A stretch of 64,000 bases of DNA from Auanema rhodensis (Eukaryota > Animalia > Nematoda): the NCBI GenBank assembly GCA_964057225.1, contig OZ059897.1:10106001-10170000 (forward strand), in the 5' to 3' direction. A program made the translations under genes and the position numbers. The stretch's first letter is position 1. Each line of letters begins with the position of its first letter. Below the pieces are notes generated by a model that searched no databases, had not been told where the DNA came from, and saw only the letters and a list, made by a program, of their open reading frames with translations. Positions 1 through 14,203 of this stretch are shown here, piece by piece.

Positions 1-1819
1 AATATTGAAGTCGAAAATACCTTTCTGCATCTTTTTTTATCCGCCGCTTATTTCTTGCCAGCCTGTTTCGTGTAATTGCGGTATCCAGTCTCGCTTTCTC
101 TTTGTTAGTTAGAGCCCGTATTAGTTTTTCATTAATATAGACATGACTATTCTATAACAAAAATATTTTATAGCAGATTATATTTTTCCAACTAACCCGA
201 ACTATACAACTGCTTAAAACTACTTCAGTTGAATCATCATATCCCCCACAGAAATTAGGTACTACGGGAGCATCCATTATAAATAAATCAGAAGACATAC
301 CACTTTAAAAAATGGAACATATTGTATGCACATAATGCTCAACCAAAAGCCTACCTTCGATATCGGCTGATATCTTCTTGATATAATCGGAAGATGTTCG
401 ATTCGTGTTCGGATAAAAGCCGTTTAGCAACTCCGTGAATAAACAATTGACCATCCTGAAAAATGAAGAAGTCAAATCTTGAATCCAACACGATATCTCC
501 GTCTTACTACTACTGCACATGCTGGGCCTACATAGCCATAACCAGGCTGCTTTTTTATATCAGCATGGGAACTACGGAATTTCAGAAAAAACAAGACTAT
601 CACTAAGATTTTCTTCATTGGCTAGAATGCATAAATATAAGCAAGAACAAACGTATAGAATTTGAAACTAAGAATTACACCAGAAGAGTCGTATAAATCG
701 AATAGGCTGAATTTTAACATTTCCATAAAAGGAAGAAGGTATGTGGGAGGTGACTTACAAAAGCAGCGGAAAATTAAGCTATTGCTTGCACAAGAACAAT
801 AGATTCGTATTGTTTACCATGTAGTAGTGTTGTCATCTCAGTTCTATCCTGTGAATACGATCCTTTTTACCTGTCGCCTTCTTAGTTCAACTACTATATC
901 GCTTCTATCTTCTTGTTCTTTTCTCGTCTTTGTGTATAAATGAACATCAGATTATCCCACGACCATCACTGCTTAGCGAACACGTGGCTTACAGCAACTC
1001 AATGACGACAAACTGAACTTCACAACGTTCAACGCTGCGGAAATAAAAACACATTTCAAACATTACAAATTCATAAACGCTGAGCTTTCGTAAGATAATC
1101 AATGAATTCCGAAACAGATTTCTCTCTATAAATCCTATTGAAAAATCTTCAAAATGTTGCCAAAATTAAAAATAATAAAAAAAAACAAGAACTTATTTTA
1201 CTTTGTTTTTTTCAGATGATCGAGTATGCTAAACTCCCTCAAATGCTTTTCAATGTATTGTCTTCTCATTCATTTTTAATTTAACTTTTTCCTTATCTAA
1301 TCTTATGAAAGATTATCAAATCTTGAACTAGGTATAAAACTGAACACGTCAACGCTCTCATAACTCATGGTAGAGTACCACCAACACTTCATGGTTCCAA
1401 ATTCTTGTAGAAAACGATTTCGCTAATCACACAAAACACACTGCAGGTTGAATATATACTCTTCGTACACATTTCCAATGCAACGACGGGGTTCTGTTTC
1501 TTGCTTAATTATTTAAAAGTAATAATCAGGAAGTTTGGTATTATTTACACATTAAGTATTTCAGTAATTAAAATTTATCTTAAACTACCTAGCAACTTGA
1601 TTCACATTATTTTTAAAATGTTTTACTTTTTATATATTCTTTACTAAATTGTTTTTACTAATATTTCATCATTGTATTTCCTATCTATTTATACTTTTTT
1701 GTTTCCAAAATATATCGCATACTCTGAAAGTTCATTTTATTTTTTTTTAATGACGTAAAGTGTTTAAAAAAATAATTGTCTATCATCCCTTGTTAACAAA
1801 ATTATATCTCTTATTAAAG

Positions 1820-2161
1820 ATGCCTCCCGTTGGTGCACATGTTGGTGCCCCCGGTGCCCCTGCTTCTTGTTTCCAGAAGGTAAACTTGAAAATTGGCTAC
1901 AAAATGTAACAATCATTTTTTTTAGATCAGAATGGGTTTCATGATGGGATGTATGATTGGTGGAGCCACAGGTGTTTTGATTGGAGGATTTTCTGCTCTG
2001 AGAATGGGCTACCGAGGAAAAGAATTAGTGAAAGCTGTAAGTAGTTTTCGAAAAAGATAAAGAGATTTAACTTAATTATGCTTTAGGTTGGAAAAACAGT
2101 AGCACAATCAGGAGGATCGTTTGGAGTATTTATGTCTGTAGCCCAGGGAATACGTTGTTAA
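1820..2161 (+). CDS. romo-1: ROMO1/Mgr2 mitochondrial inner-membrane protein, 3 exons
   Basis: Spliced translation MPPVGAHVGAPGAPASCFQK/IRMGFMMGCMIGGATGVLIGGFSALRMGYRGKELVKA/VGKTVAQSGGSFGVFMSVAQGIRC*, the ROMO1 family signature; GT-AG introns. Confidence 0.93.
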
Positions 2162-3408
2162 ATTTGATTAGATACCATGATGCTATTAAGGAGGCTTGTT
2201 TTGTTTACTTATTATTAATTTCCGTTCTTCAAATTTCAGATTTTTATATTAGGTTATTCGTATTGTTTTTTTAAAGAAAATGTTACGTCGTCTGTTGTGA
2301 GCTAATAATGAATCAATTCTTTAAAAATTGTTTTTTCAACAGTCTACATTCCATTTAAACATTGTTCAATGTCATAACTTTACTAGCAAGTTCATCTTAC
2401 AGTTACAACATAAGCATCCTGGATTATTACGAAATGCTTAAGAAAAAAAAACAATTATTAAACACGCTAATTGTTAATTTCCTCACGTGGTAAAAACAAC
2501 ATTTATTTGAAGTAACCAAAAGTCAAATGACCAAAATCTAATTTTACTATATAGGCTCTCTTCTCTGAGAAAAGAGCCGGTTCATGACATCATTATTGTC
2601 AGCGCTGTTCAATGTTTTCTTGGTGTTCACTAACAAAGTCAAAATATTAAGTTTACAAGATGCGGTGATGTATGAGGAACTGTTCATAAAGTAGTATCCA
2701 TATTTTCGAGTGTTATTGTGGTATTCTAGCTTTTTCTTCTTTTTTTCATGGAATGTCGCCAATATTTTTTCAATTCTAACGTCATGCATTCAGCGAATTG
2801 TTTTTTCGTCTTGATGACGTTTCCAAATGAGCACTAAAGTGGACAGAAGTTCCCGAAAGCACAAGAAAATTTGTCCAGTCTGATACAAAACAAACAAGTG
2901 TTTGTATAATTCAGAGATGTGTTCCAAACCATTGTCAGACAATCCGTTCCCATTCTTCGTTTTCTTCATAAATCGTTGCTTATCTATGATGTTTAGCTGT
3001 AAGTGAAAACGGCACGTGTTTATAACACATGATTTTGATGCAGCCTAACTTGAACTATTTGCAGAATATCTGCTTGAAATATACTTAAGGAAATTATAAA
3101 TAACTTAGCGTACTTTCCTTTCTTCTTTTGCTGTTTGATCTAATGATCACATGGGCGTTCTGACCCTTCTCATCCATCTCTCTATCGTTTGAATGGTTCC
3201 GCCTCTCGTTGGCGACGACTGCTCCCGCCCACTAGAGGATGCCATAGCCATTGACCTCTATAGAGAGAGCGGTCGACCCAATGTCATATTTTTGATAACT
3301 TTTTGCTCTTAATTAGCTTTTCATTTTTTATTTCAAAGAGTTCGTAACATTCAAAAATATTATTCTCTTCCCTTTTCAGGAAGTTTCTAAACGTTGAACG
3401 CTATAATC

Positions 3409-4281
3409 ATGATGGAAGTTTGTGTCAATAATAATAACAATAATAATGCTAATAAGAACTTTCAATGGCCAGGACCAACAAAGAATTCCGAGTCTAAAGC
3501 TCGTCCTAAGAGAGATTTTCGCTTCCAGGTCAGTTCCCTCAAAATTCATTATGTTGGATTAATAACAAATGTTTTTTTAAAACTGATATTCGTCATCACA
3601 TAATTTTTTTTTGTAAAAACTATCGATTAAAAAGGCATAAATTGATATTAAAATGTCACATTACTTCAAAAGTATAATTATTTGACAAAGATTGGACTCA
3701 CAAGACCGCACTAAACTCTGTTGTTATTCAGGTGATCGAGGTCTGTCAGGGGCCAAAATGGTTTATTTGGCCCAGTCGCAACAGATCAAGTACCGAGAGT
3801 ATAGATGAAAATCATAATAAGAATATCGATTCGGAATATGAAATGTCGATGACCTACAATCTTAGTAATCAGGTAAATTAGAATATATCCTTATTAGTAT
3901 TGATTGATGTATTTTCTAGTCATTCCCTTCGAAGCCCAGCAATAATGGCTATGGTGCAATGAGAAGAAGTGTTTTGAGATCTTCGAAAAGAGCAAGCGAT
4001 GAAGGTTGGTAGAAATATTACTCCTTTTATTGGCAACGGACTGGAATTACTTGTTTTCAGCTGTTCGAACCTCATCGGAGCCTGCCAGCAATCGAAGAGT
4101 ATCATTAAAAAAGGAAAAAGCTGTTACCGAGCCCATTAATGGAATTTCCAACACTTTCAAAATTCTGTCGATTGCAAAAAAATGGGAATCAATTGATGTT
4201 GCTGAAGAGGAGGATTCTAATTCTGGTGCTAAAGTGCCTAAGCATCATTTATGTTGCGAATGCAAGCCATTCAGTTTATGA
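3409..4281 (+). CDS. Hypothetical 4-exon protein, mostly disordered, Cys-rich C-terminus
   Basis: TTTTCAG acceptor at ~3373-3379 before the ATG; exons join in frame (MMEVCVNNN...DFRFQ/VIEVCQGPKWFIWPSR.../SFPSKP.../AVRTSSEP...HHLCCECKPFSL*). Confidence 0.6.
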
Positions 4282-5350
4282 ATACAATTCACAACCAATG
4301 TAAAAAATACAAGATCTTGATCTTTTGTACATATTACCTGTAGATCAATTCTAGAAATTTTTATCTCATCTCAATTTGTCTCAGGATACGGCTGTTTTAC
4401 AATCCGGGTATTAGTTTGTATTTGTCTTTTATCACTTTTATGCATATCTCATTCTCGTATGACGAAATATTTGCATGATATGTTCTAATTTTCTGTAATA
4501 GCTAAGAACGTGAAGATGAATTATTTTAAAATTATTGTACTGTGACTGTTTGCTTGCAATATGAAATCTTTACAAATATTTTTTTTTCATAAAATGACGA
4601 AAAAAAGTTTAAGAAGACCGTTTTATCTTTTTTAGCAATTGATTTCTACAATTTGCAAAACTGATATCTTTATTATTGATAATGAATTAAACGTCTTTTA
4701 TTTGGATTGCAGTAATATATATTGACAGAGTGACCTCAGCAGTTTTCGAACACGGGGTGTGTCTAATGAAGAATAACAGAGATCCATAATTGTAAAATAA
4801 TTTTGTGGAATATCACCGCGATCTACGATTTTGAGCTAATCTCGATCAGCCTAAAAATCACTTTTTTCAATTAGATTGCTCTTGAACTTTGTGAACACTC
4901 TTTTGTGAAAACGAAGTAAAGAAAAACTTGAGATGAGATCATTATGTATTCAACACACGTGCAGCTGAACTATTGCATTTATCACGAGATCATAACTTGG
5001 TACTCTTTTGCTAAACTTAAAATAGCAATTTCAAGGAAATATCATCGTATTTCTGGATTTTTTAAAGCAGCTTATTTGCTCTGCGTTGAAGTCATAAAAA
5101 AGAATTCGCAGGCACGCGTGCAACCTGGCGATTTTGTGAAAAAATGTAGTACAACTGTATTTTTGTTTAACATCTTCGTGCGTTTTTAGCAGGTAATCAG
5201 TCTTTAAGGAAATTATAGGAAGGACATTTTAACTATATATTATGAAACAATGACATCAATGGCCATTTTACTTAAAAACAAAACACGCTTAACAAGTTCA
5301 TTGCACAACAAAAGTAATAGCCAAATACATATTTCTGCTGTTTTGAAATA

Positions 5351-6703
5351 TTAAATAAGTATTGCACAAAGGGATTTGCTTCTAAGTTCTCGGAAGTAGA
5401 CGACCCTCTTCTTATGGTTTTTAAGCATCTCATTCACTGACTTCTTTGCTATTGAATAGCACGAATTTTTAAATCTACCACGTGGTTTAAATCTATCAAA
5501 TATCAACCGAAGCACACAAAGAATTGTACAAAAGGCTTCTGACCGTCTGGCGCTTCTCGAGAACAAACATAAGTTCGAAGGGTCTTTTGGCGCCAAGGTG
5601 GGTTAAGAATTCTGAGAGCAAGAGGATCTTGGTACATAAACCGTGGTCAAGTAGGCAAAAAATGAAGAGCAGTAAAGAATATTCATGTGAGCGGAAAGTT
5701 ATGATGCCATTTCTTCATCTTCTCTCTTATTGCAAAGCTTAAAGAACTTGAAACTTTGTTTGACGAGCTGTGAAAATACTGAAAAAAAATTATGTGACCA
5801 AATTAATACACCAATACTTTCTGTTGGGGGAGGGGTACGATATTTTTCCAATTACGAAAGAATATTTCGTTGAAATTCATACTTCATATCTTTCCACATG
5901 ATTTGGTAGTGCTGTTGCACCAAGGGTATATTGCAAGAAGTGTATTTCAATATCAAACGTGGAATATGAACTTTTATTAACAGGATTGTTTTACTCATAA
6001 ATAGCTGATCTCTACCGTTGATCAAATGTTTACTGAATGGCGCCGTGACGGACAGACATAGAGTGTAATCGTCTTTTTGCTTCTTGAAGAATAAACAGTA
6101 ACTCATTCGGCTTTAAGAACTCTCATATCACAAGAAAATTTAAAAACAATCGAGTAGTTATATAAAACTTTGATTCCAACATGAACATATGAAATATATT
6201 TCTGCGAGATATAGCATGAACTTGTTTATTCAGAACATATGTTTGCGCAAGAAACGTACTGTTTGAAATGAAATGTTTCAATCTGCAAAAGAACAACTGA
6301 GTAGAGATACTAAACTGTCCTTCACAGGTTAGTTTAAAAAAAGTAGAAATTAACAGCATGGGCCAGAAGCTTGAAAACGTGTATCGTACAAAATAATAAT
6401 GCTGACGTTGTAGAGAAATTTGATCCACAAAAGCGGTGAATATAATAAAAATATAGGGGATTTTCATTTGGGTACTAAAGAAGAACAATATTTCAAAACG
6501 TTATTTTAATTATAAAGTATTGTACTTGTTGCATATTTAAAAAATAAGCAGAAATATTTGGAAGGGTTTTCTGTTATCAGCAAAAAGTTAACCAGGCTTC
6601 AAGAAAAAAAAAGAAAAAAAACTAGATCCTAAATTAATTTTATTCTTTAATAATTTCAAGTAATCACTTTCAATTTAATTTTAATTGGTAATTCAATCTC
6701 CAT
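5351..6703 (-). CDS. Possible multi-exon hypothetical gene divergent from nle-1
   Basis: ATG at 6703 (MEIELPIKIKLK|GT) and several minus-strand exon-like ORF pieces; the exon chain is not fully resolved. Confidence 0.3.
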
Positions 6704-6812
6704 GTTCATTTAACTTTTTTCAAATGCGCCCCGTCTGCAAAGTCTGCTCCAATGATATATTTTTATAACGTTTTTGAACGTATATTTTTTTAGATACATA
6801 AATTATAATATT

Positions 6813-8818
6813 ATGGAGAATAATGAAGATTCCCAAGTATCAGTCAGATTTATTAGTGAAGATGGAAAAGAATTAGGTGGAGCTGGAGTGCTTTTACCTG
6901 TTTCTGTTACTTCCAAACAACTTCAAATTCTTTGTAATCAATTGCTCGACTCCAGGTAGTTTTATTATTCATTCGCTTAATATCGTTATTATACTTAAGT
7001 GAAGATCCAGTACCGATTGCATTTTTCAACGAAGATGGCGTAGAAATTGAAGAGTCTATAGAAAAATCGCTTCAAAAAATTGACTTGGAGAAGGTAATAT
7101 TCAGTAATATATTTTAAAAATCCGTTACTCTTAGACATTATGCTTGATTTACCAACCTCAAGCAGTATTTCGAGTTCGCCCAGTCACTCGTTGTTCAGCG
7201 AGTATGCCTGGTCATGGTGAGCCCGTAATTTCTACCCAGTTCAGTCCTGATGGAAGGTAATGATGTCATGAATAAACACTTAGTATAAGTAATTAATTAG
7301 GGGACTTGCATCTGGATCTGGTGATACCACTGTTAGAATATGGGATATTGATACTGAGTTACCACAATTCACATGTAAAGGGCATCGAAACTGGGTTCTT
7401 TGCATTGCTTGGTCACCGGATGCTACTAAATTGGCTTCAGCCTGCAAAAATGGCCAAGTATATAGATTATTAAAGCATTTGTAACAGTAGCTGCTTAAGA
7501 TAATATTATGGAGTGCTGAATCGGGAACTCAAATTGGTAAAACAATGAGTCGGCATAAGCAATGGGTAACTCACTTGGCTTGGCAACCAATGCATGATGA
7601 TCCCGAAAGCAGGTTGTTTTGCTCACGCACCTTGTTTGTTATACTTTAAAATTTTAGGTACCTAGCGAGTGCCGGAAAAGACGGAAATATCTTCATCTGG
7701 GATACGGTTTCATTTAATGTTGTAAAATCGCTAACAGGTAAATTATGCTTTGATTATATTTTTTAGGACTTATTTTTTAGGACACACCGCTAGCGTTACC
7801 AGTATACGTTGGGGAGGAGAAGGATTGATTTATTCTGGATCTCAGGTATTTTTTTGCTTTACTATAGTAACTTTTCGTTTTAATTATTTTGCTTTGTTTT
7901 AGGATCGTACAGTTAAAGTTTGGCGTGCTAGCGATGGCGTTTTATGCAGAACTTTAACCGGACACGCACATTGGATAAACAGCTTAGCTTTGAATACTGA
8001 TTATTGCTTACGAACAAGCTGCTTCGATGCGAAGAATGGCTGTAAAAAGCCTGCTAGTTCAGCCGAAGTAATAGTATAAAATCGTAATGGCTTTATTAAT
8101 CTTTCTTGCAGTGTCAAAAAATAGCTAGAAAGCGTTATGAAGATGCTATTAAGATAAGCGGTGGAGAACGATTGGTATCTTTTTTTTCTGTTATTTTGAC
8201 TATGATTATGTTTTAGGTAAGCGGATCAGATGATTTCACTATGTTCCTATGGAATCCTGCTGATTCTAAACAAGCTATTGCTCGCATGACTGGTCATCAA
8301 CAATTAGTTAACCATGTTAGACAATTTAATTAATATGTATATATTCGTTTTGACAATTTTGTTTAGGTACTGTTCTCTCCCGATACCCGTTATATAGCTT
8401 CTGCTTCTTTCGACAAATCTATTAAACTGTGGTGTGGTAGAACAGGAAAATTTTTGGCGTCTCTGAGGTTAGAATAGTCTATTTAAAATATAATTTTATC
8501 ATTTTAGAGGCCATGTTAATGCTGTGTATCAAATTTCGTGGTCAGCTGATAGTAGACTTTTAGTGTCAGGATCAGCAGATTCAACTTTAAAGGTATGGTC
8601 TGCTCAATTATCTGATTTTTCATCACCTGATAGGTATGGGACATGAGATCCAAGAACCTGGCATTCGATCTACCCGGACATGGAGATGATGTCTACACAG
8701 TTGATTGGAGTCCCGAAGGTAAGAGCCAACATTTTGACCCTAACTATTGTTTCAATTCATAGGAACCAAAGTCGTCAGTGGTGGAAAAGACAAAGTGTTG
8801 AAGTTATGGCGACAATAA
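6813..8818 (+). CDS. nle-1: Notchless homolog (NLE domain + WD40; 60S ribosome assembly, Rsa4 ortholog), multi-exon
   Basis: YQPQAVFRVRPVTRCSASMPGH, LASGSGDTTVRIWD, VSGSDDFTMFLW, RMTGHQQLVN, DLPGHGDDVYTVDWSP, SGGKDKVLKLWRQ*. Confidence 0.95.
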
Positions 8819-10034
8819 CTTGCTATGAAATTTCTTGTTTTTGAAAGTTGTTACTGTTCTTGTTGATCCTTTATAAAGTTTAAATCTAAAATTGAATTTA
8901 AACACTTTCTTGAAACATCCAGTTGCGTATGCTCGCTACTGTTCATATACTATTCATCTCCCGGAACTTTTTTTGTTCGTACTTATTAATTTGCTGATTT
9001 TATGTTTCTTATCTACGATAGTGTGAGCGGATACAGTTTCTGCTGGTTTCGAAGTTTTATCAGCAATCATTGCTAACTGATTTTATTATTTTATATAGGT
9101 GCCATAATGTCTCATTCCTTATATTCATGCAGGTAAGTTGCTTTCTTTTTATTTTTTAGTCTTTTGTTTAGTATCCAGTAATAATTATCTACTAGGTATT
9201 CAATTTTTTTTTGGTTTACGAACTTAGCTACTTTATTCTGCATATCTTAAAATATGTATATAGATAATATTTGAATTCATTATTCATGTGATCCTTATCT
9301 ATATTTATAAAAAAGAGAGATAAGATTCGTCATATATGACGGAACGTTACATTTATTGAATAGAAAAGATTTTTTCCAAATGCGTTTAAGCACAATTTTT
9401 TTTTAAACATGCGGTAACGGTAACAAACGGTTGGAAATGCACGTGGCTTTTTCCTATGTTATCTTTCTGTATAATCAATACGAGTATTTGCTATCTCAAT
9501 GTTCACGGAAAGCACCTGCTGCGTGTGAATTGATTTTTGCCAACTGATCTGTTTTATCCCCGGTTTTCATCTCCTAAATGTCCTTTCGATGAAAAGTCAC
9601 GTGTTGTCTAAACCAACGAGGAGTCAGGTTTTTTCATGAATGTCAGCTGTCATTGATGAATATTTCTCCTATCTTTTGCTTCTTTTGTGTTGTGTTGTGC
9701 TTTTTTTCTGGCTTTGTTTCAAGTGTGTATAAGTTGCATAGTACTCAATATATTATAATGCTAACTTTCTTTTACATATGCTTTGAAGGTCATAGACGAC
9801 GGGTTCGATCTTTTGAAAGTTCATTATATTGTATATTCTCGGACTCTTCAGTATTTGAATTCTGGGTCATTCTTCATATAGAACAGGTTCTCTTTTTTAT
9901 TCTCTGATAGAAAATCGTTTATTCATTTAATATGTCTCCGTTTCATTATATCTATTATATCTTTTTCTTATGTTATCGTGCTTTAAAATGTTTTACTCAT
10001 TTAGTGTATGATTAATATAGTATTATATTTCAGC

Positions 10035-11237
10035 ATGAAAAGCATCATATTTTGTATAGCAGTTTCATTTGCTCTACGGTTTGAATACTGCATTGCTGCA
10101 GCACTTCTTAAAAAATTACAACCTGATTGGAGTACAAATAAGGTTTGATTTCACTATGTTTTTCATGTCATTCACTCAAAGGTTTTTAGTATTTTTAAAT
10201 ATTTTATTTAAGGCCAGAATATTCGCGGTCCGTGTTGTATCCTTTACACATGCCTTTATTTCATCTTTAGGCTGTTTAACAAGGTTTGCACTTAGTTAAC
10301 TTCAGTAATTTCAAAAAAAAAAATTTAGTCTTGTAATTGATGCCAATTATGTAAAAGAACCATATGATTATACCACACCATCAGCTCAATATGTCTTTTT
10401 GTTCTCAATGGGTATGTGATTATTATATATATTTTTTATTTTGAAACTGAATTTTTCGTTCTTCAGGCTATTTTATTTATGACTTGTTGGATATGTATAT
10501 TCATGGGGAATTACCTAATTCAAAAGAATATGTGATTCATCATTCATTAGTTCGTCTAGCCTTGTTGTCTTTTTTGTTCAAATTTCTTGTTCAGGTTATA
10601 ACTGCTTTCTCAATTATTCTTGGCACCGGTCGTCTTTTTGGCTTCGCTATGATTGGCTTGTTAGTAGAGGTTTGTGATTATCTTGATTTGTGAATAATAT
10701 GCTTCTGAAATTTTTAGGTACAGACCATATTTTTACATCTTCGTACTATGGTAAGACTTCTGGGAACAACGAAGAAAAACTCACGATCATACGACTTGCT
10801 TATTAACGCTAATATGTTTTGCTTGTTTGTCTTCAGGTTAACAATGTGTTATTCAATTTGTTTTTAAAAATATTTCTTGTAGACATTTGCCAGTGTCATA
10901 CCTTCTCTACTTCTTGCTTGTCCAGGATTCCAAGGTACCCATTGTGCTCAAACTGTTTTTAACTTCGGGTCTCGCCTTTTTGACATACCACAACACCCAT
11001 CTCACGGTTAGAGTTTCTAGTTAACTTTTCGTGAGTTATTATATGTTTTTTAAGATCTCTATGTCAAAATCTGATGGTTTCTTCGGAAATGAAGCTCAGC
11101 AGCTCGACGAAGATCATGTTGATCCCTTAGGATCTGTTAAAAAGGTATGAAAAGAATGTTTATCTGATTTTGTTATACAAGTTTTATAGGAATCTCAGCA
11201 AAATAAGTTGGAGATGAAGGCTAAGAAACTTTCTTAA
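10035..11237 (+). CDS. TLC (TRAM/LAG1/CLN8) domain membrane protein, TLCD1/2 (fld-1)-like; possible extra 5' exon near 9107
   Basis: Spliced motifs VSFTHAFIS, FSMGYFIYDLLDM, YVIHH, LLVEVQTIFLHLR, FVFRH are typical of TLC domains. Confidence 0.8.
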
Positions 11238-11690
11238 GTTACTTACGAACTCCAGTACATGTACATCAGCTTTATCCATTATAATAGTTTATAAGGCATG
11301 TGTAGTTTTCTTCCACTCAATTGTGATAATTCCAAACTGGAAGGATTTTAAAATTTTTTTATTTTCTTCAGTATCAATGTGATCATCTTTTCTTCGGTGC
11401 TATTTTTTTCTTTTTTGATGAAAGAAATTTTTGAAAATCTAAGATGCCCAGATTATTTGATTCTGAATTAGAAAAGAATGAATTGTTATGCTCTTCATTT
11501 TCTTATCAGACTATAGAATAAAAATTATGTGATTTTAATTAATTAATGTTTTTAATCTTTGGTCTAAATTTCTATGGAATTTCATAGTATTTTACAAAGA
11601 CGATGTCGATGTTGCGTTTTAATTCACTGGGCATAATGCATTTTGTTAAAGCTTCATTTCATCCGCTCCGTGAAAGAGCTTTTTTTGATT

Positions 11691-12838
11691 TTAGAATTTT
11701 AAATCAGTATTATTTACATTTTTTTCGACTTGTAAGTTGGGCTTCAAGGTACTTGTGCTTGAATTAGGGTTAGATGTGGATGCCAAAAGTTTGGGCTGTT
11801 CCTCCTCATTAATACAAATAACGGATGTGGTGGGGGGTGAAACAGAGCCGTTAAGCTCGTTTCGTTTTTGCAAAGCTTCGTCATAGCTTGGTAAAGAAGA
11901 CGATGATTCAACGATTTTCACACAATTTTCGTAGGAAGGTGGACTCTGAAATTTACTAATAATAGAAATTATTCAATGATCAATTATTACCTTGCGATTT
12001 TCGCTGTTGTCCAAACTATCATTGTTATTCAAAAAAACGATCCTATACCATTCTCCCAGTAAAATTCTTCAAAAACAGAATAATTTGTTTAAAATTAACT
12101 TCTTGTATACCTGATTTGGGCTGTTAATAATAAAATAAATAAAAGAAGCCATATTGGTAATGTTGGACACGTTAATAGTAATTCTTGCCATTTTGAATAA
12201 GGCGAAGTTTTCATCTAATAACGTGATTTTAGAAAAAGTTTTAAATTTCTTTTCTAGTCGAATATTCTATTAAGAATTGAATTTAAAAATAGGTTTCAAA
12301 TTTGTCTAGTCAGAATATAATGTTTCAAATACTCTCCAGCTTACCATGATATCGTTCTTTATTACTTCAGGAGATTCAGTAGGGCCAGGAATATCAATGG
12401 TTGAACAACCCAGTAATATTAGGAATATATCTATGAAGCTCTGAAATTAGTATACTTTGTGCTTAAACAATAATAATAGATGTTTTTTCTTACTTTTACA
12501 ACAATATTTGGCATAAATAGAGGTGCTGAATGGAAATTTATGGCAGCTATAGTCATAGATATAAGAAATAAATCAAGTACCACGGCAGTAATAAGCGGGG
12601 CAATATCAATATGTTGTGACATATAAATTAAAATAGTTAAATCACAAACTATTGTTAAATGCACACATCGATATTTCTATAAAAAGTAGCTTGAATGTGA
12701 ATTTGTAGGTAAAAAACTGAAATAATCAGTAAACTTTAAGATGCGATTACCTTTTTTTTTAAAATTTTCCACGTAGTATTCAGCAACATTATCTAAACAT
12801 ACAATAAATAAGTCGAGGGGATGAGGAGGCGAGAGCAT
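11691..12838 (-). CDS. Multi-pass membrane protein with C-terminal PY motifs
   Basis: Exons MLSPPHPLDLFIVCLD..., hydrophobic segments (APLITAVVLDLFLISMTIAAI), tail with PPSYE and LPSYDEAL. Confidence 0.6.
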
Positions 12839-13346
12839 GATAGTCTATATATATATATGAATTTCCAGGTATTAAAAAAACTTAAAACAAAATAGATTAA
12901 AACAGAGATTGAGATATTACATAAGTAAAAAAGTATGAAATAAATGAAAAAATTGGTAAAAAAACGACTATAACCATTTAAGTAACATCAGCTGAACCTT
13001 ACTGATCGATGCGTTTTATGCACGATCCGATTTTGATATTACAAATGTACATTATTTCTATTAAAGTCACATGCTCATTATAATGAGAATACTATGCAAA
13101 GATTATTGTATTGGATTAGTGGCGTTCCTTCCAATAACATACTTTTTTGTATGTATTTCTAAGTACTTTAAATGCATACATGCTATGTATTCGAATGTTT
13201 TCCTATACATACATTAATAGATTGTAAACATTTTATTTTTAAAATAGGATGGTTAAAATAAAAATAAAAAGATAGACAAGTATAGCAATATATAATATAT
13301 ATAATATATATATATATATTTGAAATATAAACAGTTAATCAAACTT

Positions 13347-14203
13347 TTATAATCCCATTTGAATTGCTGTGTAATTCGATGGAATAGTGAATTGTACTAT
13401 CTTTTCCCCTTCAGAATATATAGCAACTTTGATTTTGTAATTACCCTTAAAAAGTATTTTGGACAGTTGACCTAGTGATTGTTTTCATTTATGTACCTTT
13501 AATAATGATAATAGTTGGATACCTAAAAAGGATGGCGATGGTGGCAGTTCCAATTTCGGGTTAAAATTGAGTTTTTCCTTAAAAGTACAAGTATACTTAT
13601 CTAGAGTTTAATATAATAACCTCTGCTTCTTGTAAGGTATGATTCCCTTCCTTTTGTAATAATCGACACATATCATGTGGAACGAATGTTGTTATTCTGA
13701 AATGACTAGAAAAATCAATTCAGATTAGTAAGTTCATGTATAATTTCACCAAAACTTGTTCGGTATGAAAATGTAGGTGCTTTTGCCCTCTTCACACAGA
13801 TCTTTACCCTCTAAGGAAACTGATGCCTTAACTATTCCGGAATGGAACAGATCGTAGTCTCGATCAGTTACTATTTCTCCTGAAATCGTCAAGTTCATCT
13901 ATATAAAGTCAATAGATGTTTACCTGAAATGACATGAAAATATCCTGGTAAAACAACATTAACATTGCCATCATGACATGAAGGCTTCATGTCAATATCA
14001 TATACCAAAATTACAATATCTCTAACTATTACAGGCACGTTTTCTATTAAATGATAGATTAGAAATTAAAGTTTTAAAAGCAGCATACCTCCATATGAAT
14101 CTATACGAATAACATTATCCACCCCATCAATACATTCATTATTAATAGTAAGGACATAAGAAATAATAATAATTAAAATATAATAAAATAGTGATTTATT
14201 CAT
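13347..14203 (-). CDS. Secreted protein, ML/GM2-activator-like lipid-binding fold (tentative)
   Basis: Signal peptide MNKSLFYYILIIISYVLT, spaced Cys residues, C-terminal LFKGNYKIKVAIYSEGEKIVQF...GL*. Confidence 0.5.

Noticed and set aside
1-1000. Possible minus-strand gene at the window start (ORF 305-520)
   Set aside because: Exon-like, but no coherent exon chain or family could be established
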